Counted from the first letter of the stretch, positions 1 through 10,789 are shown. The stretch: 37,511 nucleotides of DNA from Cyanobacteriota bacterium (GCA_035284825.1 JAYKHG010000106.1:1-37511); one strand, 5' to 3'. Translations and numbers: made by a program. Notes: a model not told the origin generated them from the sequence alone.

Positions 1-1902
1 GCAGAGCTCTTCGCTGCCATCTTCCCCTTCCCGTTTGCTCTCCAAATAGGCACCAAAACGGCCGATGCGCACTACACAGGGCAGACCCTCGAGGGCAATG
101 GTCCGGGAGGTGGTGGGGTCGATGTCCCCCTCCCGGCGTTGCACCTGGGCTTCTAGTCCCTCCTCTCCCTTGTAGAACTTCTCCAGATAGGGGAGCCAGG
201 GTGTCTTTCCGGCGGAGATGTCATCCAGACAGCTCTCCATTCGGGCGGTGAATCCCGTATCCACCAGCTCCGGGAAGTGTTGTTCCAGCAGGGCGGTGAC
301 CGCAAAGGCCGTGAAACTGGGAATCAGGGCATTGTTCTGGAGTGTGGCGTAACCCCGATCTTGAATGGTGCCAATGATGCTGGCATAGGTGGATGGACGG
401 CCGATCCCTTCCTTTTCGAGGGTCTTGACCAGAGCGGCCTCGCTGTAGCGGGCGGGGGGCTGGGTCTGGTGACCGAGGGCCTCCACCCCTTTGCAACTGG
501 GGCTCTCCCCCACCACCAGGGGAGGGAGCAACACCTCCTGGCCCTCCAGGGCGGCGTCGGGGTCATCACTTCCTTCCACATAGGCCCGGAAAAAACCTGG
601 GAAATCAATGCGCTTCCCACTGGAGCGAAAGGTGGCCCCGCCAGCCTCCAGATCCACCGCCAGCAGGGTGAGCCTGGCGTCAGCCATCTGGCAGGCCACG
701 GTGCGCTTCCAGATGAGTTCGTAGAGGGCTAGTTCCCGGCCATCCAAGCCGGTCTCTGAGGGGGTGCGGAAGGCCTCTCCCGCCGGGCGGATCGCCTCAT
801 GGGCTTCCTGGGCATTACGAGCCTTGGTTTGGAACTGGCGTGGGGAGGGGGACAGGTAGTCCTTTCCATATTTCGTGGCCACGCAGCTGCGGGCCGCCTG
901 CACCGCTTGATCGGAGAGATGGACCGAGTCGGTGCGCATGTAGGTGATGAACCCCCGCTCGTACAGCGCCTGCGCCGTGCGCATGGTGTCTCTGGCCGAG
1001 AGGCGCAGCTTGCGGTTGGCCTCCTGCTGCAGGGTGCTGGTGGTGAAAGGGGGGACCGGCTTGCGCACGGTGGGCTTTTCTTCCACTGCTGACACCATCC
1101 AGGGGGCCTGCTGCACCTTCTCCTGCAGCAATCGGGCCTCCCCTTCGCTGAGAAGCTTCACCTTGCTGCCACCTTTGAGGGCGCCGGTGGTTTCATCAAA
1201 ATCGCTGCCCCCCGCCACCCGATCCTTGCCCACATGGGTGAGCTTGGCCTCAAAGCCCACCGCCTTGGTTTCCAGGGAGGCTTTGAGATCCCAGTAGCTG
1301 CCGCTGCGAAACGCCCTGCGAGCCTGTTCCCGTTGCACCAAAAGACGCACCGCAACGGATTGCACCCTGCCGGCGGACAATCCCCAGGCCACCTTCTTCC
1401 AGAGCAGGGGGGAGAGGGTGTAGCCCACCAAACGGTCGAGGATGCGCCGGGTTTCCTGGGCATGCACCAACTCCATGTCGATGGCACGAGGGGTTTCCAG
1501 GGCCCGCTGGATGGCCGGCTTGGTGATCTCGTGAAACACCATCCGCTGCACCGGCACCTTGGGGTCCAGGAGCTGCTGCAAATGCCAGCTGATGCTTTCC
1601 CCTTCTCGATCCTCATCCGTGGCTAACAGGAGCTGATCCGCCCCCTTGAGGGCATCCTTCAATTCTTTGACCACCTTCTTTTTGTCTTTGGGCACCACGT
1701 AGAGGGGCTCAAAGTTATGGGCCGTATCCACGCCGAGGTTGGCCCACTTTTCCGCCTTGTGGGTTGCGGGGATTTCACTGGCGTTGTTGGGGAGGTCGCG
1801 CACGTGGCCCATGGAGGCCTCCACCCGAAAGTCCTTGGGCAGGAAGTTCCGGATGGTGCGGGCCTTGGTGGGGCTCTCGACGATCACCAGGGTGTGCGCC
1901 AC
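1..1902 (-). CDS. topA: DNA topoisomerase I (type IA), 3' end runs off the window
   Basis: Manual translation from GTG at 1902: (M)[20 protein letters not shown]...[10 protein letters not shown]...[16 protein letters not shown] (TOPRIM), then LSAGRVQS. Codons near base 1 are in the same frame (..[11 protein letters not shown]..). Missing from the ORF track because there is no stop in the window. Confidence 0.95.
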   Translation of the reverse strand, partial: MAHTLVIVESPTKARTIRNFLPKDFRVEASMGHVRDLPNNASEIPATHKAEKWANLGVDTAHNFEPLYVVPKDKKKVVKELKDALKGADQLLLATDEDREGESISWHLQQLLDPKVPVQRMVFHEITKPAIQRALETPRAIDMELVHAQETRRILDRLVGYTLSPLLWKKVAWGLSAGRVQSVAVRLLVQREQARRAFRSGSYWDLKASLETKAVGFEAKLTHVGKDRVAGGSDFDETTGALKGGSKVKLLSEGEARLLQEKVQQAPWMVSAVEEKPTVRKPVPPFTTSTLQQEANRKLRLSARDTMRTAQALYERGFITYMRTDSVHLSDQAVQAARSCVATKYGKDYLSPSPRQFQTKARNAQEAHEAIRPAGEAFRTPSETGLDGRELALYELIWKRTVACQMADARLTLLAVDLEAGGATFRSSGKRIDFPGFFRAYVEGSDDPDAALEGQEVLLPPLVVGESPSCKGVEALGHQTQPPARYSEAALVKTLEKEGIGRPSTYASIIGTIQDRGYATLQNNALIPSFTAFAVTALLEQHFPELVDTGFTARMESCLDDISAGKTPWLPYLEKFYKGEEGLEAQVQRREGDIDPTTSRTIALEGLPCVVRIGRFGAYLESKREGEDGSEELC

Positions 1903-2014
1903 AGGAGAGGGATCAGACCGGTTGAACCTCTATATCGCATTGAGGCGCCCTTCGGGGCAACGTTTCGCGAATCGGCAGCGCTGCTGTGGCGCCTAAATCA
2001 GCCGCCAGCGCCGC

Positions 2015-2020
2015 TACAGT
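2015..2020 (+). promoter_or_regulatory. Putative -10 element (TACAGT) for ndhB
   Basis: TAnnnT hexamer 25 nt upstream of GTG 2046 in the topA/ndhB divergent spacer; supports the shorter start. Confidence 0.4.
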
Positions 2021-2045
2021 CCGCTGCAACGATTGGGACCTGGCT

Positions 2046-3572
2046 GTGGTTGCCGACATCGGTTTGCAATTGAACGCGGCAGCGATTGCCCCGGAATCCG
2101 CAGTGTTGATGGCCCTTCTGGCCTGTCTGTTGGTGGACCTGGCCGGTGAAAAAACCGCCAGCCGCTGGGTCCCGCCGATCTGCTACGCGGGCCTGGGCGC
2201 CGCCCTGGTCCTCCTGGCACTCCAATGGAATGGGTCGCTCGAGGCCTCTTTCCTGGGTGCCTTCTTGGCTGACAATCTCGCCATCGCGTTTCGCGCCGTG
2301 GTGGCCGGTTCCACCCTGATCTCCCTGCTGCTGAGTTGGCGATACGTGGAGCGCAGCGGCACACCCCTCGGGGAATATGCCGCGATCCTTCTCGCCGCCA
2401 CCCTGGGGGGGATGTTCCTGTGTGGGGCAACGGATCTGGTGAGCGTCTTCATTTCTTTGGAAACGCTTTCCGTGGCCAGCTACCTGCTCTCGGGCTACAT
2501 GAAGCGGGATTCACGCAGTTCAGAGGCGGCGCTCAAATACCTTCTTGTGGGTTCCGCTGCGGCTGCCGTCTTCCTTTACGGCGCTTCCCTGCTCTACGGA
2601 CTGAGTGGGGGGAACACCAGGTTGGAGGCCATCGGAGTTGCCTTGGCTGGCAGCAGCGCTCCGATCGCTGCCCTTTCCCTGGTGTTTGTGTTGTCCACCG
2701 TGGCTTTCAAGATCGCCGCCGTGCCATTCCACCAATGGACGCCCGATGTCTACGAGGGCTCCCCAACGCCTGTGGTGGCGTTCCTTTCCGTGGGATCCAA
2801 GGCAGCTGGTTTCGCCCTGGCCCTGAGGATCCTGGTGGGGTGTTTCGACAGCTTTGATGCCCAATGGAAGTTTCTGTTCACCGTGTTGGCCGTGTTGAGC
2901 ATGGTGCTTGGCAACGTGGTGGCCCTGGCTCAAACCTCCATGAAGCGGATGCTGGCCTACAGCTCCATCGGCCAAGCTGGTTTCGTGATGATCGGCCTCG
3001 TCTGTGGCACGGAGGAAGGCTTTGCCTCGATGGTGCTCTACATGGCTGCCTATCTGTTCATGAATTTGGGAGCGTTTGCCTGCATCATTTTATTCTCCCT
3101 ACGCACCGGTAGTGATCGCATTGCCGATTATGCGGGGCTCTATCAGAAGGATCCCCTCATTACGCTTGGACTCAGCTTGTGTTTGCTCTCCCTTGGGGGA
3201 ATTCCACCGATGCTTGGTTTCTTCGGCAAGATCTACCTCTTTTTTGCGGGCTGGGCTGACCACCAATATTTGCTTGTGATCGTTGGCCTGGTGACCTCAG
3301 TGATTTCTATTTACTACTACATCTCGGTCATCAAAATGATGGTGGTGAAGGAACCCCATGAGGCTTCTGATGTGGTGAAGGCCTACCCCCCCATCCAGTG
3401 GAACCTCGCTGGAATGCAGCCCCTCCGCGCTGCTCTCGTGGGTTGTGTGGTGGTGACAGCGATTGGTGGCATCCTTTCCAGTCCCTTGTTTGATTGGGCC
3501 AGTTCCACCGTTGCTGGAACTCCTATCCTCCAGGCCGCCCTGGCCAGTGCCAATGCAGCTGCAGTCGGCTGA
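2046..3572 (+). CDS. ndhB: NAD(P)H-quinone oxidoreductase (NDH-1) subunit 2/N
   Basis: Polytopic membrane protein with [65 protein letters not shown] is open from 1986; GTG 2046 preferred. Confidence 0.95.
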   Translation: MVADIGLQLNAAAIAPESAVLMALLACLLVDLAGEKTASRWVPPICYAGLGAALVLLALQWNGSLEASFLGAFLADNLAIAFRAVVAGSTLISLLLSWRYVERSGTPLGEYAAILLAATLGGMFLCGATDLVSVFISLETLSVASYLLSGYMKRDSRSSEAALKYLLVGSAAAAVFLYGASLLYGLSGGNTRLEAIGVALAGSSAPIAALSLVFVLSTVAFKIAAVPFHQWTPDVYEGSPTPVVAFLSVGSKAAGFALALRILVGCFDSFDAQWKFLFTVLAVLSMVLGNVVALAQTSMKRMLAYSSIGQAGFVMIGLVCGTEEGFASMVLYMAAYLFMNLGAFACIILFSLRTGSDRIADYAGLYQKDPLITLGLSLCLLSLGGIPPMLGFFGKIYLFFAGWADHQYLLVIVGLVTSVISIYYYISVIKMMVVKEPHEASDVVKAYPPIQWNLAGMQPLRAALVGCVVVTAIGGILSSPLFDWASSTVAGTPILQAALASANAAAVG

Positions 3573-4278
3573 TTCCCATCCACCACGGCCAGCGGAGCCG
3601 GAAGGTGTTGCGACCCTTGCTCTCCTCGAACATGTGGACAAGGTGTACGGGGAAGGGGACACCCAGGTGCATGCCCTCCGGGATGTGAGCCTGAGCGTCA
3701 ACCGCGGCGACTACCTTGCGGTGATGGGCACCTCGGGATCAGGCAAGAGCACGGCCATGAACATCCTTGGTTGCCTGGATCGACCCACCCATGGCCGCTA
3801 TTGGCTCAATGGCATCGAGGTGGAAGGTCTGACGGATGACCAACTTGCCGACATCCGGAATAGCCAACTGGGGTTTGTGTTCCAGCAGTTTCACCTGCTC
3901 CCCCAATTCAGCGCCCTGGAGAATGTGATCTTGCCGATGATTTATGCGGGTGTCCCAGCCGCAGAGCGTCGGCAAAGGGCAGAAGCGGCCCTTGAGCGGG
4001 TTGGATTGGGCCATCGGCTCGATAACCGGCCAAACCAACTTTCCGGGGGACAGCAACAGCGGGTGGCGATTGCCAGGGCCATCATCAATCGCCCCTCCCT
4101 CCTGTTGGCGGACGAACCCACTGGAGCCCTCGATTCCCAGACCACAGCAGAAGTCCTAAACCTTTTCGACGATCTGAATCAAGAGGGGATCACCATCTTG
4201 ATTGTGACCCACGAGCAAGATGTTGGACAACGAGCCCAACGGGTCGTGCATTTCCGTGATGGACGGATCGTGGGTTAG
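3553..4278 (+). CDS. ABC transporter ATP-binding protein (LolD/MacB-like)
   Basis: Walker [11 protein letters not shown]-loop FVFQQFHLL, signature [14 protein letters not shown], Walker [14 protein letters not shown]-loop VTHE. Start uncertain. Confidence 0.9.
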   Translation: MQLQSADSHPPRPAEPEGVATLALLEHVDKVYGEGDTQVHALRDVSLSVNRGDYLAVMGTSGSGKSTAMNILGCLDRPTHGRYWLNGIEVEGLTDDQLADIRNSQLGFVFQQFHLLPQFSALENVILPMIYAGVPAAERRQRAEAALERVGLGHRLDNRPNQLSGGQQQRVAIARAIINRPSLLLADEPTGALDSQTTAEVLNLFDDLNQEGITILIVTHEQDVGQRAQRVVHFRDGRIVG

Positions 4279-5579
4279 CCAGATTGCCGTTGGGTCTGGG
4301 GGACAGGCGCTGGTGACTGGAGAGATCCAGGCCCCGTCGAGCTTGCGGGGCGCTCCAGGGTTTGCAGCAATTGGCCAATGAGCAGGGCCACGGCATCGGG
4401 TGACTGGCCCCCAGCGGCTACGGCAGAACCCGCTGGCACCCCTGGCAAACGCAACGCTGTGAGCATCTCCGCAGGCATCATCTCCCCAGGATCGGTGGCC
4501 ACCCACCCCCCATCCTGGGGCAGACGGAGTTCGAAGTGCAGGTGGGGGCCGGTGCTCAGGCCCGTGCTTCCCACCCTGCCAATCACTTCACCTTGGCGGA
4601 CGGTGTCCCCAGGTTTGACATAGAGCTCGGACAGGTGGCCATAGAGGGTGCGTCGCATGGGGCGCTCGTGTTCGATCTCGATGGCCAGGCCATAACCACC
4701 CGCATCGCCGCTGCTCACCACCTGGCCGGAAAGGGCAGCCACCACCGGCGTGCCCTCCGGTGCTGCCAAATCCCGTCCGGAATGCATGATCCAGGAGCCC
4801 AGAATGGGGTGGAGCCTCCAGCCAAAGTTGCTCGTGGTGACGGCTGAGCCGATCAGAGGAAACAGAAGACCACGGTTGCCGTTGCCACCAATCGGTGAGG
4901 GTCGGGGGGTGAGCCGGAAGACATCCGTGAGCCGAAAGCGACCCCCAACCCCTGCCAATAGGGCGTTGACCGGCACACTGATGGGTGGCAGGGGGGAGGC
5001 TGCAATGCCTTCACGGGCCATGCCCTGGCCAGAGAAGGCTGCGCCAGCGCCACCCGAATCCGAGGGAGAAACGCCCGGGCCAAAAAGCGCCTCGCTGTCA
5101 GGTCGGCTCCGCCCGCGGAACACCACACCAGTTCTGCACTCGTCGGCGGAGAGGGCACCGCTGCTGCATGCCTGCCTCCTGAGGCCAGGCACCGGATCCA
5201 GCACCAACGAGCCACGAACCCGCACCCGCTCCTTGGGGGTGACAATCCCATCTCGGACCAAGGCGTCGAGCGATGCATCAAATCGCTGGGGGCGATCGCC
5301 AGCCAGTTGCTCTTGGGTTGGGCGGAGAGGATCCGCACGCTCCGCCGTTGCGGGGGCAGGCGTGGGCAAGACGGGCTCAGGTCGGGGCAACTCCGCTGCC
5401 GGAACAGGTGCGGGGGGGACCGGCGGAGGAGGCGTTAAAGGGGGGGAGGGGGCGATCGATGCCGCACCTTCTTGGGCTGGGATGGGAAGATTCTCCGACT
5501 GGGCGAGTCCAAGGGAAGTGCCCGCCAAAGGGGCCCCACAGGCAGCTGCCAGGATCAATGGACGTAGACGACGGAGCAT
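4275..5579 (-). CDS. M23 family metallopeptidase with signal peptide and Pro-rich linker
   Basis: HSGRDLAAPEGTPV (HxxxD), YGHLS, GLSTGPHLHFE (HxH); N-terminal signal peptide. Confidence 0.9.
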   Translation of the reverse strand: MLRRLRPLILAAACGAPLAGTSLGLAQSENLPIPAQEGAASIAPSPPLTPPPPVPPAPVPAAELPRPEPVLPTPAPATAERADPLRPTQEQLAGDRPQRFDASLDALVRDGIVTPKERVRVRGSLVLDPVPGLRRQACSSGALSADECRTGVVFRGRSRPDSEALFGPGVSPSDSGGAGAAFSGQGMAREGIAASPLPPISVPVNALLAGVGGRFRLTDVFRLTPRPSPIGGNGNRGLLFPLIGSAVTTSNFGWRLHPILGSWIMHSGRDLAAPEGTPVVAALSGQVVSSGDAGGYGLAIEIEHERPMRRTLYGHLSELYVKPGDTVRQGEVIGRVGSTGLSTGPHLHFELRLPQDGGWVATDPGEMMPAEMLTALRLPGVPAGSAVAAGGQSPDAVALLIGQLLQTLERPASSTGPGSLQSPAPVPQTQRQSG

Positions 5580-5630
5580 GGCTGGGGGGTGGGGGCGCGG
5601 AGCATCCCATCAAGATGCGGCCGCACTGTC

Positions 5631-6416
5631 TTAATAGTCGCAGCCAATGTAAGGACTCTCCATCCCCTCTGGCCAGGAGTGGTGCAGGACGGTCTGCCGG
5701 CCATCGCCGGATCGAAGGGCCAATCCCCCCTGGCGGGTGAGCCCCTGGATCCGCCAGGGGGCGCTGTCGATCATCAATTCCCTTGAGGGAACCCAAAGAA
5801 GCGCCTCCGCTTCTTGCCGCACCTGTTCAGGCTTCTCCGCAGTGGCCATGGCCCAATCCAGGGCGGCGAACACCCGTGGCAGCCAGAACCGTGGTCTGGC
5901 ACGGACCCTGCCCAGGGCCCCCACCAGATTGGTCGCTCCCTTGGGCACAGGGTTGCACCCATTGAGACCAAGCCCAATGCGTGCCCAGCGCACCCAGGAG
6001 CCTCGAAGACGAAGGCCGGAGAGAAGGCCAGCCAGCTTGCGCCATTGTCCATCCCTGCCCTGGAGCAGAAGATCATTGGGCCATTTGAGCCGCCCCTCAA
6101 CCCCCAGGGCGCTCAGTTGGCGGAGAAGACCCACCGCCACAGCCAGGCCAGGAGCGGCCGCGAGAGGTTCCTCCGAGGCCCACGGAAGAGCGGCGCTGAG
6201 CCAGATCCCTCCCGGAGGGGATTGCCAGATCCGGCCATGTTGGCCATGGCCAAAGCGCTGGTGGCTGGCCAGCACAGCCCGGGGTCGCTCCAACCGCAGG
6301 GGTGCAACACCAGAGCATTGGTGGAGCCAACGCTCCAACTCCTTTTCGGTGCTGGCACACACGGGCAGGTGGCGCAGCTGCCACGGTTGGGGGGCCTTCA
6401 CAAAGCGGCCAGCCAC
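5631..6416 (-). CDS. birA: Biotin--[acetyl-CoA-carboxylase] ligase (no HTH domain)
   Basis: CASTE, QRFGHGQHGRIWQSPPGGIWLS, LKWPNDLL, KLAGLL, IGLGLN. Confidence 0.85.
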   Translation of the reverse strand: MAGRFVKAPQPWQLRHLPVCASTEKELERWLHQCSGVAPLRLERPRAVLASHQRFGHGQHGRIWQSPPGGIWLSAALPWASEEPLAAAPGLAVAVGLLRQLSALGVEGRLKWPNDLLLQGRDGQWRKLAGLLSGLRLRGSWVRWARIGLGLNGCNPVPKGATNLVGALGRVRARPRFWLPRVFAALDWAMATAEKPEQVRQEAEALLWVPSRELMIDSAPWRIQGLTRQGGLALRSGDGRQTVLHHSWPEGMESPYIGCDY

Positions 6417-7603
6417 CGGCCCATCCTCACGGCTGCCTCCTCCAAGACATCAGGGGGATGAACCAACGCCAAGCGCAGCCAGCCCTCCCCCCCAGGACCG
6501 AATCCACACCCGGGGGTGAGGCACACCCCGGTGGCCTTCAACAGGGAAGCGGCGACGTCCTCACAGGAGAGACCGAGCAGGCGAGCAGCCGGGGGGAGGG
6601 GCAGCCACAGATAGAGAGCCATGGAGGGACGGGGGACCACCCATCCAGCCGCCTGCAACGCCAACACCATCCGATCCCGGCGTTCCCGGTAGATCTCCCG
6701 CAGTTGAGCAGGCCACTCAGGTGCCTCCTCCAGGGCGGCGATGGCTCCCGCCTGCAGGGCCAGAGACTGGTTGAAATCAACCACACCCTTGAGCTGCCGC
6801 AAAGCTGCGATCAACCCTTCTGCTCCCACGGCGAAGGCCAGCCGGTAGCCCCCCAGACACCAGCTCTTGGAGAACGAGAAGAGCTCAATGCCACAGCGAC
6901 GCCAGTCCCTGTGGCGCAACAGGGCTGGAGCCGTGCCCTCCAGCGCCAGATCCACATAGGGGTTGTCATGGACAAGCACAACCCCATGGTCGATGGCCCT
7001 CTCCACGGCCTCTTCCAGCCAACACTGCTCTCCGGTGGTGGCTGTTGGGTTATGGGGGAAGCCGAGCACCATCAACTTGAGGTCCGCCCAAACACTTTCA
7101 GACAGGGTCTCGAAGGCAGGCCTCCATCCATGCTCCTCCTGCAGGGGCAGCAGCACGGGGGTCGCCGAGGCCAGGTGCAGACCCCCCAGATGGGAGGGGT
7201 AGCAGGGATCGAGAACAAGGGCGGGATCCCCCGGATTGAGCACTGTCAGGGGGAGATGGGCCGTGCCTTCCTGGGAACCGATCAGTAGCAACACCTCCCG
7301 GTCGGGATCTACGGCCACATCAAAGCGGCGCTTCACCCAGGCGGCAGCCGCCTCGCGGAACGGTCGTGTGGCTCCATGGAGGCAATAGGCCGCACTTGAG
7401 GGCTGATGGAGCTCCGCTGCAATGGCCTCCAGAACCACAGCGGGCGGGGCCAAGTCGGTGGAACCAAGGGATAGATCGAGGAGCGGTCCTGGATCCTGAT
7501 CGCGATTCAGGCTGGAGCGGGCCTTCAGGTAGGCCAGCTTGCGCTGATCATTGCGAGCAAAGACCCCGCTGCCAAGCCGGGAGACCCGCTCTGAAATGGG
7601 CAT
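6398..7603 (-). CDS. Class I/II PLP-dependent aminotransferase (LL-diaminopimelate aminotransferase-like)
   Basis: LLIGSQEGTAHL, FPHNPT, HDNPYVDL, PLP-lysine motif SFSKSWCLGGYRLAF, PGCGFGPGGEGWLRLAL. Confidence 0.85.
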   Translation of the reverse strand: MPISERVSRLGSGVFARNDQRKLAYLKARSSLNRDQDPGPLLDLSLGSTDLAPPAVVLEAIAAELHQPSSAAYCLHGATRPFREAAAAWVKRRFDVAVDPDREVLLLIGSQEGTAHLPLTVLNPGDPALVLDPCYPSHLGGLHLASATPVLLPLQEEHGWRPAFETLSESVWADLKLMVLGFPHNPTATTGEQCWLEEAVERAIDHGVVLVHDNPYVDLALEGTAPALLRHRDWRRCGIELFSFSKSWCLGGYRLAFAVGAEGLIAALRQLKGVVDFNQSLALQAGAIAALEEAPEWPAQLREIYRERRDRMVLALQAAGWVVPRPSMALYLWLPLPPAARLLGLSCEDVAASLLKATGVCLTPGCGFGPGGEGWLRLALVHPPDVLEEAAVRMGRWLAAL

Positions 7604-7611
7604 CCACGTGG

Positions 7612-7959
7612 TCAGAGGTGGGCATCCACAAAGGCCTTGAGCTGGACCTGGGGAATGGCCCCCTCATGGCGGGCGATTTCTTTGCCCTTACGGAAGAGGA
7701 TCAGGGTGGGAAGCCCCTGCACCCCCAACTTTTCGAGGGTGAGGGGATTGGGATCCGCTTCGAGTTTGGCCACCTGCAACCGGTCTCCGTAGGCCTGGGC
7801 TGCCCAGGTCATCAAGGGAGCCATGAGACGACAGGGCCCACACCAAGCCGCCCAAACATCCAGCAAGAGGAGATCGGCATCCGTGAGGGCTCCCGCCGCC
7901 ACAGTGCCATCGTTGAGGTCAACAACGGCTGATGCAGGGGAAGGGAGGGGATCAGCCAC
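7612..7959 (-). CDS. Thioredoxin
   Basis: WAAWCGPCRLMAP active site, cis-Pro motif GLPTLILF; 115 aa. Confidence 0.9.
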   Translation of the reverse strand: MADPLPSPASAVVDLNDGTVAAGALTDADLLLLDVWAAWCGPCRLMAPLMTWAAQAYGDRLQVAKLEADPNPLTLEKLGVQGLPTLILFRKGKEIARHEGAIPQVQLKAFVDAHL

Positions 7960-7982
7960 GGGATGGAATCAACACAGGTCAA

Positions 7983-7988
7983 ATTGTA
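7983..7988 (-). promoter_or_regulatory. Putative -10 element (TACAAT) for thioredoxin
   Basis: Near-consensus hexamer in the 33-nt vipp1-trx spacer, 23 nt upstream of the trx start. Confidence 0.45.
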
Positions 7989-7992
7989 TGGA

Positions 7993-8766
7993 TCAAAGCT
8001 TGTCAATCGAGCGTTTCAGCTCCTGCAGCTCTGCGTCCACCTCCGCGGCCTTCACGGGCTCCAGCTGGGGGATCGGGCCGTTGGGGGCGGGAAGTTGGAT
8101 GGGGTTGGGGCCTCCCTCCAATCTCTGTTTGAGCGCTGCCAGCTCATCGTCAACATCGCTGCCCTCCAGGGCGGCGAATTGGGATTCCAGGTCAGCCCCT
8201 GCCAGCTCTGCGGCCGCTTGGCTGCGGGCCTCCAGGTTAAGCACCTTCTCCTCCATCTGCTCGAAGGCCGCCATGGCGTTGTTGGTGCCGAGATTGTTCA
8301 CGGCGGTTTGCAACTGCTCCTGGGCTTGGGCTGCCTGGGCCCGGGCCTTGAGCATGTCCTTCTTGGTCTTCGCCTCAGCGATCTTGCCTTCCAAGGCGGT
8401 GAGACTCTTTTTGAGGGTGTCGACCTGTCCCGCCTGACTGTTGATCTGGTTGTTCAGGGCTGTGGCGGTGTCCTGGTAGGTCTTGCGGCGGGACAGAGCC
8501 TCCCGCGCCAGGGACTCTTCCCCTTTTTGAAGGGCCACTTCAGCGCGCTGATACCAAGCCTTGGATTGGGTCTCAGCCTGCTCCGCCTGGTTCTGAAGGC
8601 GCCTCTGGCTGGCAATGGCGGTTGCCACCGCCTGGCGAAGTTTCACCAGGTCGGCTTGCATGTCAGCCAGGGATTGGTCCAAGATCTTGCCCGGATCCTC
8701 TGCCTTGCTGACAAGATCATTGAGGTTGGCGCGCAGCAGGCGGCTGAGCCGATCAAAAAAGCCCAT
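7993..8766 (-). CDS. vipp1: PspA/IM30 family protein (Vipp1)
   Basis: MGFFDRLSRLLRANLNDLVSKAEDPGKILDQ, long coiled coil, LESQFAALEGSDVDDELAALK and C-terminal extension VDAELQELKRSIDKL typical of Vipp1. ATG 8766 is preceded by -10-like TAACGT (8789-8794). Confidence 0.92.
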   Translation of the reverse strand: MGFFDRLSRLLRANLNDLVSKAEDPGKILDQSLADMQADLVKLRQAVATAIASQRRLQNQAEQAETQSKAWYQRAEVALQKGEESLAREALSRRKTYQDTATALNNQINSQAGQVDTLKKSLTALEGKIAEAKTKKDMLKARAQAAQAQEQLQTAVNNLGTNNAMAAFEQMEEKVLNLEARSQAAAELAGADLESQFAALEGSDVDDELAALKQRLEGGPNPIQLPAPNGPIPQLEPVKAAEVDAELQELKRSIDKL

Positions 8767-8877
8767 GGGCCGGGGCAAAGTTGGAAGTACGTTACCGAAG
8801 GTATCTCTGTTCGGGGACTTCGGCTCTGGTGTTAGCCGAACCATGCCAGCCACCTCTTCCCCTCTGCTTGGCCCACC

Positions 8878-9477
8878 ATGAGCGACCCAACTCCCTCGGT
8901 CCGTGGACGCCGCCGAAAGCGGAAGCCAGCGGCTCGCCAGTTCAGCCCTGATTCCCACAACAAATGGGTTGTTGGCAACATTTCTTTCCTGCAGCCTGCC
9001 CCCCCGCCGCCTGCGGAGGGCATTGGTGCCTGTTTGGCCACCCTTCAAGGGCAATGGGAGCGAGACGGGCACTTGGCTGCCCTGTGGCAGGCGTGGCCGC
9101 GGCTGGCCGGGGCCCAGTTGGCCCCCCATTGCCGCCCGCTTTCGTTACAGGGAGGGGTCCTCACGGTGGGTGCGGCACCGGGTCCCTGGCTCCAGGGGTT
9201 GCTTTACACCCGTCACCAGCTGCTGGGATCCCTCAGGGGCGCGGGGTTTGCCGTCCGCGACGTGAGGGTGCAACAGCACTACCCCTCTGCACTCCCCACG
9301 CCCGGGGGAGAGGCTGAGGCCGATGTCTGGGCAAGACACCCCAGCCGCATTGATGTCCATGGCCTGGCGGATTGCCCCTCCTGTGGGAGGCCTGCACCGA
9401 CCGGAGAGATGGCGCTTTGGGGAACCTGCGGTTTTTGCCGGCGTTCCCAGCTCTCAAACCAAACCACCCACGTCTGA
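8878..9477 (+). CDS. DUF721/DciA-family protein with C-terminal Cys4 zinc-ribbon-like motif
   Basis: WQAWPRLAGAQLAPHCRPLSLQGGVLTVGA...WLQGLLY pattern of DUF721; CPSC...CGFC. Start uncertain. Confidence 0.7.
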   Translation: MSDPTPSVRGRRRKRKPAARQFSPDSHNKWVVGNISFLQPAPPPPAEGIGACLATLQGQWERDGHLAALWQAWPRLAGAQLAPHCRPLSLQGGVLTVGAAPGPWLQGLLYTRHQLLGSLRGAGFAVRDVRVQQHYPSALPTPGGEAEADVWARHPSRIDVHGLADCPSCGRPAPTGEMALWGTCGFCRRSQLSNQTTHV

Positions 9478-9981
9478 GGCCTTCTGTGGGAGGAATCTCT
9501 GGCGCCAGATCCATTCCTGGGTTTGGGCCTCAGGGGAGCCCTCCGCTGGGAAAATGCCCAGGAAATCCTTGTCGCTGGCAGGTTGATAAGGCCCCTGCTT
9601 GATTTCAAACATCACCGTGTCGGGGGCCAGGGCAACAAGGGTGTGGAAGATTCCCTCTTGAAGTTCCACGCCCCGCAAGGGGCCCTCCCCATCGAGGCGC
9701 AACTGTTGGATCACTGCGCCCTTGGGATCGAGGAGCAGCAATCCCATGGACCCCTGGAGGACAACAAAACACTCAAACCCCTCCCCCGGTGCGGCCCGCA
9801 GGTGGCGATGGGGGCGGACATAGGTGCCTGGCTGCATCACATTCAAGAAACGCTGCACCAGCTCGGGCTCCGCATGGAGGTTGTGGTTGCGGCGCAGGCG
9901 GGGTGACTGGCGAGCCTCGGCGGAGACCGCATCAAAGAGGGCCTGATCCAGGCACTTGAGCTGGGGCGAGGGCACAACCAT
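9454..9981 (-). CDS. WbuC-family cupin-fold metalloprotein
   Basis: ARQSPRLRRNHNLH...VQRFLNVMQPGTYVRPHRH...FHTLVAL...FEIKQGPYQP...PAEG. Confidence 0.8.
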   Translation of the reverse strand: MVVPSPQLKCLDQALFDAVSAEARQSPRLRRNHNLHAEPELVQRFLNVMQPGTYVRPHRHLRAAPGEGFECFVVLQGSMGLLLLDPKGAVIQQLRLDGEGPLRGVELQEGIFHTLVALAPDTVMFEIKQGPYQPASDKDFLGIFPAEGSPEAQTQEWIWRQRFLPQKASDVGGLV

Positions 9982-10015
9982 TGGGGAGGGACGCCCCCCC
10001 AGGGTATGGCCGGTT

Positions 10016-10789
10016 TCAGGCGCCACCGCGGAAGAGGTGATTGTGGTGGGCGGAATAGAGCAGGGATCGGGCCTGTCCTGGACCCGCCAGGGCTGGACTG
10101 ACCACATAGAGGGTGGTGCGGATGAGGCCGCGCTCCCGGCTGGTGGCGGCCATCTGATGGAGGGGCACCACTTGAAGCCACTGGTCTGGCCAGCTCACCC
10201 GATAGCCAATGGCGACGGGCGTCTCAGCGCTGTAGTGCAGCAACAGCTCCCGCTCGACCTCCTCCACGTGCCGGGCGCTGAGATAAAGGCAAAGGGAGGC
10301 CCCCAGGGCCGCCAGCCGCCCAAGGGACTCCCGCTCCGGCATCCCCGTGCGGCCGCCGGCCCGGCTGAGGACAATGGTTTGCACCACACCCGGCAGGGTG
10401 AGCTCGCTTCCCAGGGCCGCCGCCGTGGCCTGATAGGCACTGAGACCGGGGACCACCTCGACCTCCAGTCCTTCATCGGCCAGGCGGGTGATCTGTTCAG
10501 CCAGGGCGCCGTAGAGGCAGGGATCTCCATCGTGCAAGCGCACGACCCGCAAGCCGCAACGGGCCCGTTGCACAAGGGCATCCATCACCTCCTCAAGGGT
10601 GAGGGTGCTGGTGCCAATCCGTTCGCACTCTGGTGGCGCCAGGGCAGCGATGCGGGGGTTCACCAGGGAATCGGTCCAGAGAAGCACTTGGGCCTGCTGG
10701 ATCGCGGCGGCAGCCCGAAGGGTGAGCAGGTCTGGCGCCCCGGGGCCTGCCCCCACAATCTGGACGGGCGGAAGGGAGGTTTCACCCAT
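10016..10789 (-). CDS. cobM: Precorrin-4 C11-methyltransferase
   Basis: IVGAGPGAPDLLTLRA, WTDSLV, VVRLHDGDPCLYGA, SELTLPGVVQTIVLSR, LYSAHHNHLFR. ATG overlaps the lgt stop (TGATG). Confidence 0.9.
   Translation of the reverse strand: MGETSLPPVQIVGAGPGAPDLLTLRAAAAIQQAQVLLWTDSLVNPRIAALAPPECERIGTSTLTLEEVMDALVQRARCGLRVVRLHDGDPCLYGALAEQITRLADEGLEVEVVPGLSAYQATAAALGSELTLPGVVQTIVLSRAGGRTGMPERESLGRLAALGASLCLYLSARHVEEVERELLLHYSAETPVAIGYRVSWPDQWLQVVPLHQMAATSRERGLIRTTLYVVSPALAGPGQARSLLYSAHHNHLFRGGA

Noticed and set aside
3060-3340. Lower-GC stretch in ndhB (and psaJ)
   Set aside because: Explained by Phe/Ile/Leu/Tyr-rich transmembrane helices; the protein motifs are canonical.
5291-5300. HIP1 octamer GCGATCGC (also 30899-30906)
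   Set aside because: I noticed only two copies in 37.5 kb, compatible with chance at this GC; no enrichment claim is possible without counting.
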